From: Antedon mediterranea
Taxonomy: Eukaryota > Animalia > Echinodermata
Length of the DNA: 64,000 nucleotides
NCBI RefSeq assembly: GCF_964355755.1
Contig: NC_092679.1
Span: forward strand, 20,381,432 to 20,445,431
Reading direction: 5' to 3'
Below the pieces are notes generated by a model. The model was not told where the DNA came from. It saw only the letters and a program-made list of their open reading frames with translations, and ran no database searches. Both the position numbers and the translations under genes were made by a program. Positions 40,001 to 51,934 of the stretch are shown here, in pieces (the first letter of the stretch is position 1; each line of letters starts with the position of its first letter).

Positions 40001-43000
40001 CTATTCTTTATCACTGTTCTCAAGTATACCAAAATGACTATAGTTGAGAACAGTGTTAAACTGGATCGTACATTAATGTTTTTTGTTGTATATTGTTAAG
40101 TTTATCCTATTCTTTATCACTGTGCTCAAGTATACCAAAATGGCTATACTCGAGAACAGTGTTAAACGGGATCATACCTTAATGCTATTTGTTGTATATT
40201 ATTAAGTTTATCCTATTCTTTATCACTGTGCTTAAGTATACCAAAATGACTATAGTTGAGAACAGTGTTAAACTGGATCGTACATTAATGCTATTTGTTG
40301 TATATTATTAAGTTTATCCTATTCTTTATCACTGTGCTCAAGTATACCAAAATGACTATAGTTGAGAACAGTGTTAAACGGGATCGTACATTAATGTTAT
40401 ATGTTGTATATAGTTAAGTTTATCCTATTCTTTATCACTGTGCTCAAGTATACCAAAATGACTATAGTTGAGAACAGTGTTAAACTACATCGTACATTAA
40501 TGTTATTTGTTGTATATTGTTAAGTTTATCCTATTCTTTATCACTGTGCTCAAGTATACCAAAATGACTATAGTTGAGAACAGTGTTAAACGGGATCATA
40601 CATTAATGTTATTTGTTGTATAATGTTAAGTTTATCCTATTCTTTATCACTGTTCTCAAGTATACCAAAATGACTATAGTTGAGAACAGTGTTAAACTGG
40701 ATTGTACATTAATGTTATTTGTTGTATATTGTTAAGTTTATCCTATTCTTTATCACTGTGCTCAAGTATACCAAAATGACTATAGTTGAGAACAGTGTTA
40801 AACGGGATCGTACATTACTTTTATCCTTTGCTTTACTGTGCTTTGATTTGATAAGCAAGTTTGGTTGCCCGCGCCCCGCCCCCATATGCTGCCTACTAAA
40901 TTAGGATTCCCTAGCTTTTCTATAAAAATTGAAGTACCCACAATGCACGTTATACGGAAGTCATAGTCTTGTAAAATACAGACACAATAGTTTTTATCGT
41001 ATTGTTTTCATTTAAATATCACTAAGATTGTCTTAAACTACAAACAACTAAAATTTGTGAAGGTATGCAAGTGTTTCTAAATATGTATTACTGGTAGTAT
41101 TAATACAATTTGGATTATATCATTTTCCAGAAAGGTAGAAAAAAACATAAAATAGTTGAGAATTCTCAACTAGCCAGGATGGTATAGGAAATATAGCTCA
41201 CCATGGAGGTACTACTAACTCCAGGCCTAGGTGGTGTAGAGCAAGCAGATAGGCGCGGTGTTGATGAGCGCCCTCTATTTTCCTAAATAGTTTTGCAGAT
41301 CATTAATTTTTTTAACAAAAAACAAATTATAATTCTCTATACTACCTGGTTACAATGACCTAAACCAATAGCATCATACCGGAGGAATGAGTAATAACAA
41401 CTAATTAACTATAATGTATTTAAATTCAATCATACAGGGCGGCAATAATGCTGGTCACACTGTAGTAGCCGAGGGTCAGGAATATGACTTTCATCTGCTT
41501 CCAAGTGGTATAATTAACAAGGATTGTACCTCAGTAATTGGTAGGTATACTAATACTAGTATGATACAAAAAAAAACATCTGCTAAAGCTTTGTTCACAC
41601 TTAGCCCAGATAGTGGCCAGAATAATATAACCTACGGTATCAAACTAGTTGGAAAAAGAAGTTTAATGTTCCCAAATATGATAGTGATATGCCCGAATAT
41701 GATTGATATCACATTTTTTTGTCACATAAAGTTTGATAGTGTAGACAGAGCATTAAAACAATGCACCCATTTTTCTCAATCAGTATGAATGCAGTTTTAG
41801 AGTGAATGTATAGGGATGATGTACGCACAAATATATATGACACACTATACTGTACAAGTATATTTGCATCCAATACGTTTGATATTCTATACACAGCAGC
41901 AGCAGTAACAATAGCAATTGCACTTATATGCACTGTTTAAATTCCATTTTATGCTAGTTTTTCACTTTGTGTTCTCTAAATTTTACACAGGTAACGGTGT
42001 TGTAATCCACTTGCCTGGATTATTCGAGGAAGGAGAAAAGGCGGCCAAGAAGGGTTTGGAGAATTGGCGACAGAGGCTTAGAATCTCAGACAGAGCTCAT
42101 TTAGGTAATGCTCTTACCAAATATAAGACAAATGGGAATAATTTAAAGACTAACTAACTTATCTTGTAATTATTTTGCAGTTCCGTCATGTTTATGAACA
42201 CCCTCGAAAAAAATGGAACAGTCAAGGGGCTGTAACAGGCTATATAAACATCTCTTAGTATAGGTCGCTATGCTTTAAAAACCTGATCGTAAATTTATAT
42301 TAATTAATGAATTATTAATTTAATTATCTTAATTAGTGTTTGATTTGCATCAACAACTCGATGGCTTACAAGAGAAAGAAAAAGGCAAAAACAGGTAAAA
42401 ACAGGATTAAAACTAATAATTAATATTAATATCAGTATGAATAATTTATGTTAATGAGTAACAAAATATGTGGTTGAATATGAAAGAGTGGAATGTGTAC
42501 ATTATTTATTGATATGTTGTGTAAAATCAATTTTTAAGATAAATCTTTCTCGAGAACAATATACCACTATAATAAAATGTTTCTGAATGTATTTAAAATA
42601 ATAATTGTTAATTAATAATTAAAAGTGAATATAGTATATTTAAAATTTTGACCTCAGTATTGGCACAACAAAGAAAGGAATTGGCCCGACATACTCTTCA
42701 AAAGCAAGTCGTTCCGGGCTGAGAGTCTGTGACCTTGTCGGAAATTTTGAGACATTTTCCGAAAAGTAAGTACCGGTAATAAAAATGCAATGTTTATTCA
42801 TTTATTACGGATAATATCCTTGGCCCTCATCATTTCTACTATCTGTTGTCTCCTACCATTTTCAGTCCTACAGCAGCTCTCTGGTTTTTTTTTATTATGA
42901 AGGTGAATCCTCTACCATTTTCCTAAGCCCTAAAGAGATAGGTAAGAGAGAGGGGAGGTGATAAGTATTTCCTTCAATTAAAACGCTTTTTTTGTAAATA

Positions 43001-46000
43001 AATGGTTTAGTAAATGGTATCACACTAACCAAATGTTTTTAATTATAAAAGCATTATTGTTTATTTAATTTAGATTCAAAAACCTTGTTAGAGTGTCAAA
43101 ACGAACATTTCCAGATCTAGACGTCAATGTTGAAAAGGAGTTGGAACGATATAAGGTGAAAAAAAAATCTCATTTAAGTTTAAAGTAATCGGTGATAATA
43201 TAATCAAATTGTTACATGAGCGACTTCCTAAACTGATGTACAGTGGAATTATTCCATCAAGACCCACCAGTGTCTCCTTAATATGAGCCTCATCTAAGTA
43301 ACATCTAAGCCCACAGCGCTGATCTTCATGAAAAATGCTATATAAATGTTGCATTATATATATTATATAATAGGGGTTGGTCGTAGTTTAAAAAATATAT
43401 TTATCTCTTGCTTCCCCTTCTTGCTAAATCTTTTAATATTCTTTCCAGGATTTTGCCAAACAGATTTCACCGATGGTAACCGACACCATATTCCTAATTC
43501 ATAATGCAATGGAGAGCACTGCTGAGAATACAATTCTGGTAGAGGGCGCTAATGCTACAATGCTGGATATCGACTTTGGTGAGTGGACATTTGTTAGAGT
43601 ATTACTTTGCTGTGTAACATTTATCTATTATATTTTGAATAAAAGAAAGAAGAAATATATATGTTTTATAATGTTTTTAAAACTTTGTTTGCGCTTATGC
43701 AGGTACCTATCCATATGTTACGTCGTCAAATTGCTCAATTGGCGGAGTGATGACTGGTCTTGGAATACCAGCCTGCAGCATCGGTGAGGTGTATGGCGTT
43801 ACCAAGGCTTATACCACGCGTGTTGGTGATGGAGCATTTCCAACCGAACTTTCAAATGTACGTAACCAAATTGAACAATTATTTAGACATCTTTTTTAAA
43901 AAAAATATCCTCATTTAATGAGCCATACAGTATTTGTAAGCACTGAAGCACTAGAGCGTAACCAACATATGTCCAGAAAGAAATTACCATTGTGGTTCCT
44001 ATGACTGAATTAGTATATCGCAAATATTTTTTCTGTTGGTTTGAGATTGTGGCATATATTGCATCTATTATTGGTTCATAGGTTTCAATTTTCTTTTATT
44101 GTGAATTTAAATAAAATATGCTATGCTAAGCTCTGTCTACACTATCAAAAAGTATGAGGTGCCCAAACATGGTAGTGATATGCCAACATCATCATGTCCA
44201 TATATGGGCACATCACATTTTTTTGTCATAAAGTTTGATTGTAGACAGAACTTTCCACAAATTAAACAAATGTTCATAAACAATTTCTAGGAGCTGGGAG
44301 ACACTCTTCAACAACGGGGCCGCGAGTTTGGAGTGACGACAAAGCGGAAGCGACGTTGTGGTTGGATGGACACTGTGTTACTAACTTACACACGAATGAT
44401 CAATGGATTCACAGCGTAAGTATTCCACCAATCATGGAAGAATAACATTACTTTTACAGCTGCAGCTTAGGCCTGGTTCACACACGAGTGTAATGTAATC
44501 TGGTTCAGGAGCTGTCCATTAGCATAAACGATCGCAGTCCGCGTGTGAACGGCTGATCTGGATAGCACAATTTTTATGTATGACCTGGTGGTTTTTCAAT
44601 AAAATATTCAAACTGATCTGGAACAAACTATATGAATGCATACCTTTGTATTTTAGATAAAATAACCAAGTGTGTCTGAACACAGCCTTAAACCCACTTA
44701 TAAACCCATTTTCCACACTAATTCACCAGCTGCATTCAATCATTCAATGTCACAAGGATTTTGAGATTTAAAAGCTTGTTTTGTTCTTCTTCAGGCTAGC
44801 CATGACCAAGCTCGATATCCTTGATGTTTTTGAAGAACTTAAAATTGGAGTTAGTTACCAACACAATGGCAAAAATCTTGATTCTTTTCCAGGTAAATTT
44901 CATTCACATATATTAAAAATAGTCCAAGAAAAAAAAACAAGCATACAGTTACAATAAGTTGAATGGTAACAATAATAGGAGCTGTTTCAGGGATCGGAAA
45001 TAAAAGTAAAATAACTTGTCTTATACAGTACGAACCACTAAACAGAAAAAAACACAAATAAACAACCGCATGACATATCATTTGCTAATGTTAGATTAAT
45101 AAATAATCTATCTTAAAAATTTATCATACAGCAGAACTTCTATTAAGGAGAAACCATCAGTACAAAAAATTATGTCCCTTTTCCTTTTCGAAATAGACTG
45201 TAAGGTATATATATATATTTAATGTCGAAGGAATAGAAATACATATTTGTGTTATACAATATCAATATATTATCTTTTTCTTGTCTGCTTTCTTGGCAAA
45301 TATGTAAAGGGAATGTCTCAAAAATAATATCATTGTAGTAGCAATTCACAAAATTTACATCATTCATTTCGAAAAGAATCTCTCCCCACCCCACCCCCCC
45401 CCCCCCTTCTTGGTTTGCCAAAGTAATCTCGAATAGAAGCCCACCTAAGAGTCCTACAAAAAATCTCTTAACCAACTTCTCAATTTTTCAGTTTATACAA
45501 TTATCAATTGTTGATTAATTACACTTGTTTTTTAGCTCACCAAGATATTTTGAAGGAGGTTGTAGTAGAATACATAACTATGCCGGGATGGAAAACATGC
45601 ACAGAAGGGATTCGGTCATTCGATGAGCTACCGGCTAACGCCCAAGCATATATCAAGAAAGTTGAGGAGCTTATAAAATGTCCTAGTAAGTTTTTCAATC
45701 AGGATATCCATTAATTAAAGATATATTGTACCCCTAAATTTTACAGAACTCACTAACTTTATTAAAACTGAAAAATTGCCTAATTTTATCAATCTTTATT
45801 TTTCACGATTTTGGGGGACAATACATTGTTAAAGCGGGGTTACCCCAGTGAACTGGTTCACAAAATAGTCATGTAGGGGGCTTACCACCTATCTGATAGG
45901 ACAGTGATTAATTTACTATTAGTAATCCTTGGCCACATTGCCTAAAGAAATAAAATAAACATACCTAATGTAATCATATCCACTACATTAAATCTAAATG

Positions 46001-46174
46001 CCACCCAGAGATTTTTACTTTTTTATGAAGTCATTATTTTTTATTTTATAAATGAATGTAGCGATTGTATACAGGTTTTTTTGTGCAAAAAAATTACTTT
46101 CTGATATTGTTCTACTTTTAGTCAAATGGGTCGGCGTGGGCAAGAGTCGTGAGTCTATCATCACAAGATTTTGA
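32027..46174 (+). CDS. ADSS: Adenylosuccinate synthetase, 12 coding exons, 450 aa
   Basis: Exons 32027-32203, 41438-41540, 41991-42104, 42337-42394, 42658-42765, 43074-43155, 43449-43578, 43703-43857, 44291-44415, 44795-44892, 45536-45685, 46122-46174. All introns GT-AG, phases compatible, sum 1353 nt. Motifs [93 protein letters not shown]. Confidence 0.95.
32770..35868 (+). repeat. 106-bp tandem array, left arm (~29 units)
   Basis: Unit ACACTGTTCTCAACTATAGTCATTTTGGTATACTTGAGCACAGTGATAAAGAATAGGATAAACTTAACAATATACAAC..TACGATCCAGTTTA; period 106 (e.g. 33195 to 33301). Confidence 0.95.
36078..37069 (+). mobile_element. 5'-truncated non-LTR retrotransposon (CR1/L2-group) ORF2 C-terminus, 3'UTR stem-loop and poly(A)
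   Basis: Uninterrupted ORF to 36938 with [48 protein letters not shown]...HFL..CP.Y; hairpin 36980-37023; AATAAA running into A29 (37041-37069). Confidence 0.9.
37445..37486 (+). ncRNA. Minimal type I hammerhead ribozyme-like motif (Penelope-like element type) in a ~190-bp insert
   Basis: GCA-CTGATGA-A-GGGC tagtgtt GCCC-GAAA-ACTC-TGC: conserved core, 4-bp stem II, short stem I GCA/TGC. Confidence 0.6.
38092..38207 (+). mobile_element. Helentron-associated MITE copy inside the foldback centre
   Basis: Same structure as 4949-5053 and 20052-20153. Confidence 0.62.
38290..40817 (-). repeat. 106-bp tandem array, right arm, inverted orientation (~24 units)
   Basis: Reverse complement of the left-arm unit (AAGTTTATCCTATTCTTTATCACTGTGCTCAAGTATACCAAAATGACTATAGTTGAGAACAGTGT). 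Confidence 0.95.
41438..41540 (+). CDS. ADSS: ADSS exon 2
   Basis: cag|[21 protein letters not shown]|gtaggt. Confidence 0.92.
41587..41752. mobile_element. Harbinger MITE family 1, degenerate copy (ADSS intron 2)
   Basis: TATCAAACTAGTT..AGTTTGATAGTGTAGACAGAGC. Confidence 0.65.
41991..42104 (+). CDS. ADSS: ADSS exon 3
   Basis: cag|[24 protein letters not shown]|gtaatg. Confidence 0.92.
42337..42394 (+). CDS. ADSS: ADSS exon 4
   Basis: tag|[19 protein letters not shown]|gtaaaa. Confidence 0.88.
42658..42765 (+). CDS. ADSS: ADSS exon 5
   Basis: cag|[26 protein letters not shown]|gtaagt. Confidence 0.92.
43074..43155 (+). CDS. ADSS: ADSS exon 6
   Basis: tag|[27 protein letters not shown]|gtgaaa; phase fits neighbours. 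Confidence 0.88.
43449..43578 (+). CDS. ADSS: ADSS exon 7
   Basis: cag|[28 protein letters not shown]|gtgagt. Confidence 0.92.
43703..43857 (+). CDS. ADSS: ADSS exon 8
   Basis: cag|[33 protein letters not shown]|gtacgt. Confidence 0.92.
44129..44252. mobile_element. Harbinger MITE family 1 copy (ADSS intron 8)
   Basis: AGCTCTGTCTACACTATCAAA..AAGTTTGATTGTAGACAGAACT. Confidence 0.7.
44291..44415 (+). CDS. ADSS: ADSS exon 9
   Basis: tag|[32 protein letters not shown]|gtaagt. Confidence 0.92.
44795..44892 (+). CDS. ADSS: ADSS exon 10
   Basis: cag|[24 protein letters not shown]|gtaaat. Confidence 0.92.
45536..45685 (+). CDS. ADSS: ADSS exon 11
   Basis: tag|[38 protein letters not shown]|gtaagt. 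Confidence 0.92.
46122..46174 (+). CDS. ADSS: ADSS exon 12 (terminal)
   Basis: tag|[19 protein letters not shown]. Confidence 0.9.
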
Positions 46175-46448
46175 GAAGTATAAAGGACAGGTTTCAACAA
46201 TGCACAATTATGACGTCACATTATTTGGGTTCATGCAACACGTCTGCATGATATAGATTGATATACAGTAGTTAGTAGTGTGATGGGATCCTATGCCATT
46301 TAAATTGTATCAATTGTCAATCGGTATAAGTAGAAACAGAACCGGATCTGAAAGTATGTACAGTATGACTTTACTTGAAATCAATATTTTCTTCTTCCCT
46401 GTTCCTCTTCCCTACTCCACTTTCCTGTCTTATCCCTGTTCCTTGTAA

Positions 46449-46633
46449 AGGTCAATTTACACAGACGAGCGGTAATAGTAAGCGAAAAACCACTTGGCTT
46501 GTCCAACATAGAATCCTTATCTATCCTGAGTGGAAACCACACACCCTCTCCGCGTTATTTGTAAATGGTCATAAGGAATAACATAGATTCTATGTCTTTA
46601 TTACCGTTGCCGCTCATCTGTGTAAATTTGCTT
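46449..46633. mobile_element. Harbinger-type MITE family 2 copy downstream of the ADSS stop
   Basis: AGGTCAATTTACACAGACGAGCGG..CCGCTCATCTGTGTAAATTTGCTT. Confidence 0.68.
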
Positions 46634-46896
46634 TTGTGTGGAAGAATTGTGTTAAGTATCCTAGTCCATGTGAAATGGAATCTACCTCTAGTAAACACCT
46701 ATGAAAATATGAGAAAATACAATTGTGTACAAAATTAGGATTCCAAATATTTTTTTAATTAAAAGAAAAAAAATGTAACTTGCTTCACAAGCAATCGTAA
46801 TTAGCATCGTAAAATTTAGAATAAGGTGAGTGTACTACAAGATAAAGTTATAATTTTTACAACAATGTGTATGTAACTAGTACAATAGATCCCTAA

Positions 46897-47075
46897 AGCG
46901 TGGTTCCCACTAGCGACGCAACGCAAGGACGTAACGCAACGCAAGTGAATTGACCAATCACAAGCGATGGCTTATTCGCTTGTGATTGCTAACTGTCTAT
47001 AACTTCGCTGGTCATTGGTTAAAACGCTTGCGTTGCGTTTACGTCCTTGCGTTACGTTCTAGTGGGAACCAAGCT
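46897..47075. mobile_element. Harbinger-type MITE family 3 (degenerate copy ~28890-29058)
   Basis: TAA-AGCGTGGTTCCCACTAG..CTAGTGGGAACCAAGCT-TAA, long internal inverted repeats. Confidence 0.75.
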
Positions 47076-47806
47076 TAACTTTGGAGACCCCTATTAATGG
47101 GACACTTTGCAGCGAAACAAACAAGTGGTAATATAACAATGTTTTAATGCTACTGAGAGGACACCCTTGTTGAGGGGACATTTGTCCTAAAACTGTCCCA
47201 TCTGCCTTATTTCTTTACATTTACAATATACTATGTGGTACAGGTACTTAATTTTTTGGAATTGGCGCATAAAAAATAGGTTTACAATGTTAACTTTGTT
47301 AATCATTATAATAATTTTTTAATATTCTTCCTATAATATTATTTTAAATGTTATTATTAGCCATAAAGTGAATTCAAAGGGTATCATAAACTCGCACACA
47401 AACAATTTTTGAAACAAATATTATTACCGAGCTAATTATTACTGAACTCAAAGGGTATATATACACTGAAATATAATTATTTATTGAGGTAGCATAAAAT
47501 AGCCAAACAGGCTGAAACAGGGTAAATTCTCCCTTTGACAACTTAAATGAACTTAGTTACTTTTTGATATTTGTTTTACAGACTATTATGTTAGCACTGC
47601 CATTAAAAAAATACTGAATCTGCCCCTATATATTATATTTTGTTTAAATGTAACATTAAAATAACCAAAAAGGATAGGAACAATCAAAAATGGTTTCACT
47701 ATAACTCAGTTATTTTATTAAGTTAGTACAATGCTAATCATTTTCTATTATAAATGTTTGATGACAATATGGACATGCTGCCTTATTTTTTTGTCTTTAA
47801 CAAATA

Positions 47807-47996
47807 TACAGTAGAATAAGGACACCTCTATTCAAGGGACAATTTACACTGATACAAACAAGGGATAATATATATTTTGACATTTAATATGGCAAACTAT
47901 ATACAAGGGACACCTCTATTCAAGGGACAATTTACACTGATACAAACAGAGGATAATATATATTTTGACATTTAATATGGCAAACTATATACAGTA

Positions 47997-48030
<34 letters not shown>

Positions 48031-48088
48031 TATACAGGGTACCCTTTGTTTGGTCCTCAGGTGTCCCCTTAATAGAGGTTCTATTGTA
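47807..48088. mobile_element. Tc1/mariner-type MITE with internal duplication and (TA)n; related fragments ~2555-2625, 9710-9842, 47090-47190, 60315-60390
   Basis: TA-CAGTAGAA..GGACACCTCTATTCAAGGGAC (twice)..GTGTCCCCTTAATAGAGGTTCTATTG-TA. Confidence 0.55.
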
Positions 48089-48280
48089 ATTTTGTTTGAG
48101 ATAAAGTTATTATTTCTTTATATAAATTAATTCAAATATATCGTATTCATTTTGTGCCTTAATTAACTGCTGTGGGTATTAGTTTTAGCGATTTGTTAAA
48201 TTAGATATGAACATCCTGAACATAAAATTATTAGAAGAAAGGCAAAGTTATAAAAATGGTACATACATACCTAGACTTAA

Positions 48281-48827
48281 AGATGTATTGTCCCTTGAAA
48301 CACAAAAAAATGATAGTCAAAATATTCTAAATTTAAAGTGGCCATTTCAAAGTAATATTAAAGTTATTCACTTTAAGTCGAAAATTCGAGCCAAAAACAA
48401 CAAGTTTACGTAATTAACAGGTAAATTAGTTTAATTACATTTCATCTGGAAAATCGTCACGAGTGAAAGTAAACAAAGATTTAAAACCATGAGTACGCAT
48501 TATGCATATGCTAAATTATGATTGTTTACAACTCATCACGGTTAAGAAGGTATTTTCACACAGATCATGAGGAAGTTTTATGATTATGCATACAGAGTAG
48601 CCAAACAAGTGCATTTCATTATGGGATATGTTTTGATTGAAAACTTTGACTGGAAGTCAAAGTAATTTTTTTAACAAAAAAACGTCTGTATTTCAGTTAA
48701 ATTTTTTTTTTTCGAAAACTTTTTTGGTGAAAGTTAATAACTATTATGATACTTCAAAATGACCCACCTTTTTTCGAAATCTTTTATTTTTTATTTTTTT
48801 GGAATTAGTCAAAGGGACAATACATCT
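48281..48827. mobile_element. TTAA-targeting MITE (Kolobok/T2-like), second copy
   Basis: Same TIRs, TTAA duplication and internal sequence as 21395-21943. Confidence 0.82.
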
Positions 48828-49725
48828 TTAATGTGTTTTTTATTGTTTGAATAATGTATTAAGTGGGTGAAGTATGGTGGTATATTAACAGTAGACAATA
48901 TAATTTGAAAAAAAAAATGTTTGTTACATGTTCATTTTATTGACTCTTGATCCAGATAAACACACATATACTGTATATAAATACTTCTCCAGCTATTGTT
49001 TTCAACACTCTTTTGTTTATTACATAGTGATAGTAGATCCTCTATAAGGAGATAGAGATAAAGTTTTTTATTCCTTGAAGAGATTGTCCTTGGGTTTTCA
49101 GTGTAGTTTTTTTTTTTTTTTTGCTTTAGTATTTTTTATTTACAATAACATCTATTTAAACACAGTGGTTGCCAATGGAAGACTTCTTATCTATTACTAT
49201 TCTACTTACATTACAGTACCAATTACTTTATGATGATAATTATTAATTTTTTGAAGATATGATTCCTGAATATTCCTATGATAGAAGTTTCACTTTGCGC
49301 CTATTTTTAAATGTTTACTAGTTTAAACTGGGATTATATTAATCTCCATATATATTAACAAATGTTGAATCGGGTTTGTGGTTTAGGCTGAAAGTATTTC
49401 AGTTTAGTAGAAAATAAATGGTATCCGACTTTTTGACATTCGTAATAGTGTTTTGTAACAAATTAATAGTGAAATAAAATAATAATTGTAGAAAATAAAT
49501 GCTGTACTTTTTGTTTGTTTTTGAAGAGCGCCCTCTACATATCAAATCACATTTCGCGGGGTTTTTTTTTCCCAATGAATGATTGATGTTGTGAGGAGAG
49601 ATGAGCAGCTTTTGTATGTCACGTACACCACAATTTCTCGTGCTGTAAAAATCTTTTGTTTTGTTTTTCCGCAGACATTAAAAACCACAGAACAACTTGT
49701 TTACTTTCACATTTAATATATAATC

Positions 49726-49731
49726 ATGGGT
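49726..49731 (+). CDS. NAA40: NAA40 exon 1 (Met-Gly micro coding exon)
   Basis: atcATGGGT|gtaagt; supplies MG before RKSK of exon 2. Confidence 0.75.
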
Positions 49732-51902
49732 GTAAGTATAAACGGATACAAAATGTTTAAAACACATAGAAGAATAAAGATGAGAGTGTTCGTGCTGTTG
49801 TTTTAGTGGGTAGTGTAGGCTCGTGTGTGTGGTGAATGAGTTCTTCCTTCTCGAGCTCAATGAAAGCAGCAGTTGGGCTGCTACTGCCTGCTGGCGGTTT
49901 GAAATTGGTGATAGGCTACTACCTAGGCCTAGCCTTAAGCCTTTATTCACTCCATGAAGCTATCATTAGCTAACACTTCCTAGGCCTAGTCCTAGGTCAG
50001 TCGATATGTGCAACAAGTTTTTAAAAATTTTATTTTTTAGGGTATTTTAAATAATAAATGAACCATGCATAGAATATAATTATAAATACTACTACTAGGC
50101 CTAGGCCTAATAATAGTTTTCTTTTGGCAAAAAACCCGATTTTCAATTTTAGTATTTCCTATTGCCCCGGCACTGTTGATTTGGTCAATAGTCAATATTT
50201 TATGTGGATGCTATCGGCGCGGTTGTTTCTATCTGTACAATTAACCATGCATCGTGTTGTTTTCCTATTGAAAGGTCGGCAATGCGCTTTTATTCTGCTG
50301 TCTATTGACATGGAGATCTATGCGCAAGGTGATAGGCGCCATGTTATAAGTAACAATACATATATTTGCTCATCTGTAAAAAGGCAAATTTGTAAGTTGT
50401 TGCCGCATTGTGATCATGTGACCATTGACGCATTAATGACCATTCATCAAAAGTATAATATGGTTATTGCTAATAAAATTATATTAATTATTATAAATAA
50501 TTAATATAAATAATAGGTATTGATAAAATAAATATTATATATTCAATTTTTCTTGTATAGCGAAAATCAAAACAAGGCAAAGAGAAGAAGATGAAACGAA
50601 AAGAGGTACAGTGAAAAAGAATTTAATACTACGGCTATTAACCATTTTTGCAGCTCATTATGTAATGTAGAATAATTCATATAACCTCTGTCTACACTGT
50701 CAAACTTTATGATGATGATGTCATATCACTACCATATTTCAGCATACTGTATCACTACCAAATTTAGGCAAATCAAACTAGTTTGATAGTGTAGACAGAG
50801 CTTAAGGTTTCTGGCAGAAAAGGAAAATGTGCAGTACTGTAGATAACAACAAAGATACCCTCTCCCACAATTCTGGTCATTTTGATACCTCATTATGTAT
50901 GTATGAATGCATTAACACAAATTTGTACTAAACTCTCTCTCTTATTATATAGATGACAGACTCTAATAATGAATGTTGTAACCAAAAACTCTCTTCTTTG
51001 TTAACTGCTGTAACAGTTATTGTTTTAAAATGTGTGCAATTTTTATTGTATTAAGGAGCAAGCCCGTTATGCTAGCTCCATGTTGGTAGTTGAAGCGGCC
51101 AATGCTCTTGAAGATCCCATGGCAGAGCTGAAAGCTTTTAAGAATTACGAAAGAAATGGGTAGGTATTTGTTACTTGTGGCCCAACTTGAAAGGGTACAA
51201 TATAGAGGCACAGTACAGCATGCCTGTAGTATACAAATTATTTATGTTTATGAGTTGCGAGAACATTTGAAAAATGTATTGCTGTATTTTTAACGAGGCG
51301 GAGATGAGTTAAATCATTGACAAATGCCAGGCCGAGAAGCTAGGTTATTAAAAAAAAGCAATGTTCCAAGTTTCGATGATGCCTTATTAACCAATCAAAT
51401 TGCAAGAATACAATCAGGTGTGTTATAAAAAATAATATATTTATATGCATGATATATAGATTATATTCACTTTTTCAAAGATAATAGTATTTCTAGCTGT
51501 TCAATAGTACACATTTTTTAATTTTTCCAGGTTGTCATTGGTATTAGAGGTCCAAAAGGTATCAAACCTTGACAAGAACACAGTTGATTGGGCGTTTTCA
51601 GTGCTAAAGGCAAATATGGAAGCATTGTAAGTTGATACACCAAACTGTCTATTTCTAACTGAATTTAGGCTGTAATTAATTCACACTATGTAGTTCGTAA
51701 GTGGTACTTAATGGTTGTTATAATAAGTATATATTGAAAACAAATTTTGCAATTACATTGGACCAAACAAAGTGTCACATAGATGTGTTTACTGAATGGG
51801 GCTTGGCCGTAGTCGTAAAACATATTATGGCCCTTAACCACCTACTCATCTCGAAAGATGTACTAGGTTCTTTAAGGTGCATATTAGCTAGATGTGTACA
51901 TT

Positions 51903-51934
<32 letters not shown>

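Larger units (their letters stand above)
32431..41206. mobile_element. Large non-autonomous foldback-type DNA element with satellite-filled inverted arms, in ADSS intron 1
   Basis: ~55-bp imperfect TIRs (perfect 26-bp core 32460-32485 = revcomp of 41151-41176), CCATGG at both outer ends, head-to-head 106-bp arrays inside. Confidence 0.8.

Noticed and set aside
41541-41788. Extension of the 124-aa ORF beyond ADSS exon 2
   Set aside because: Reads through the donor into intron and MITE sequence; ADSS homology stops at 41540.
49524-49540. CTCF-like GAGCGCCCTCTA (also ~41266)
   Set aside because: Core match only; function cannot be supported from sequence alone.
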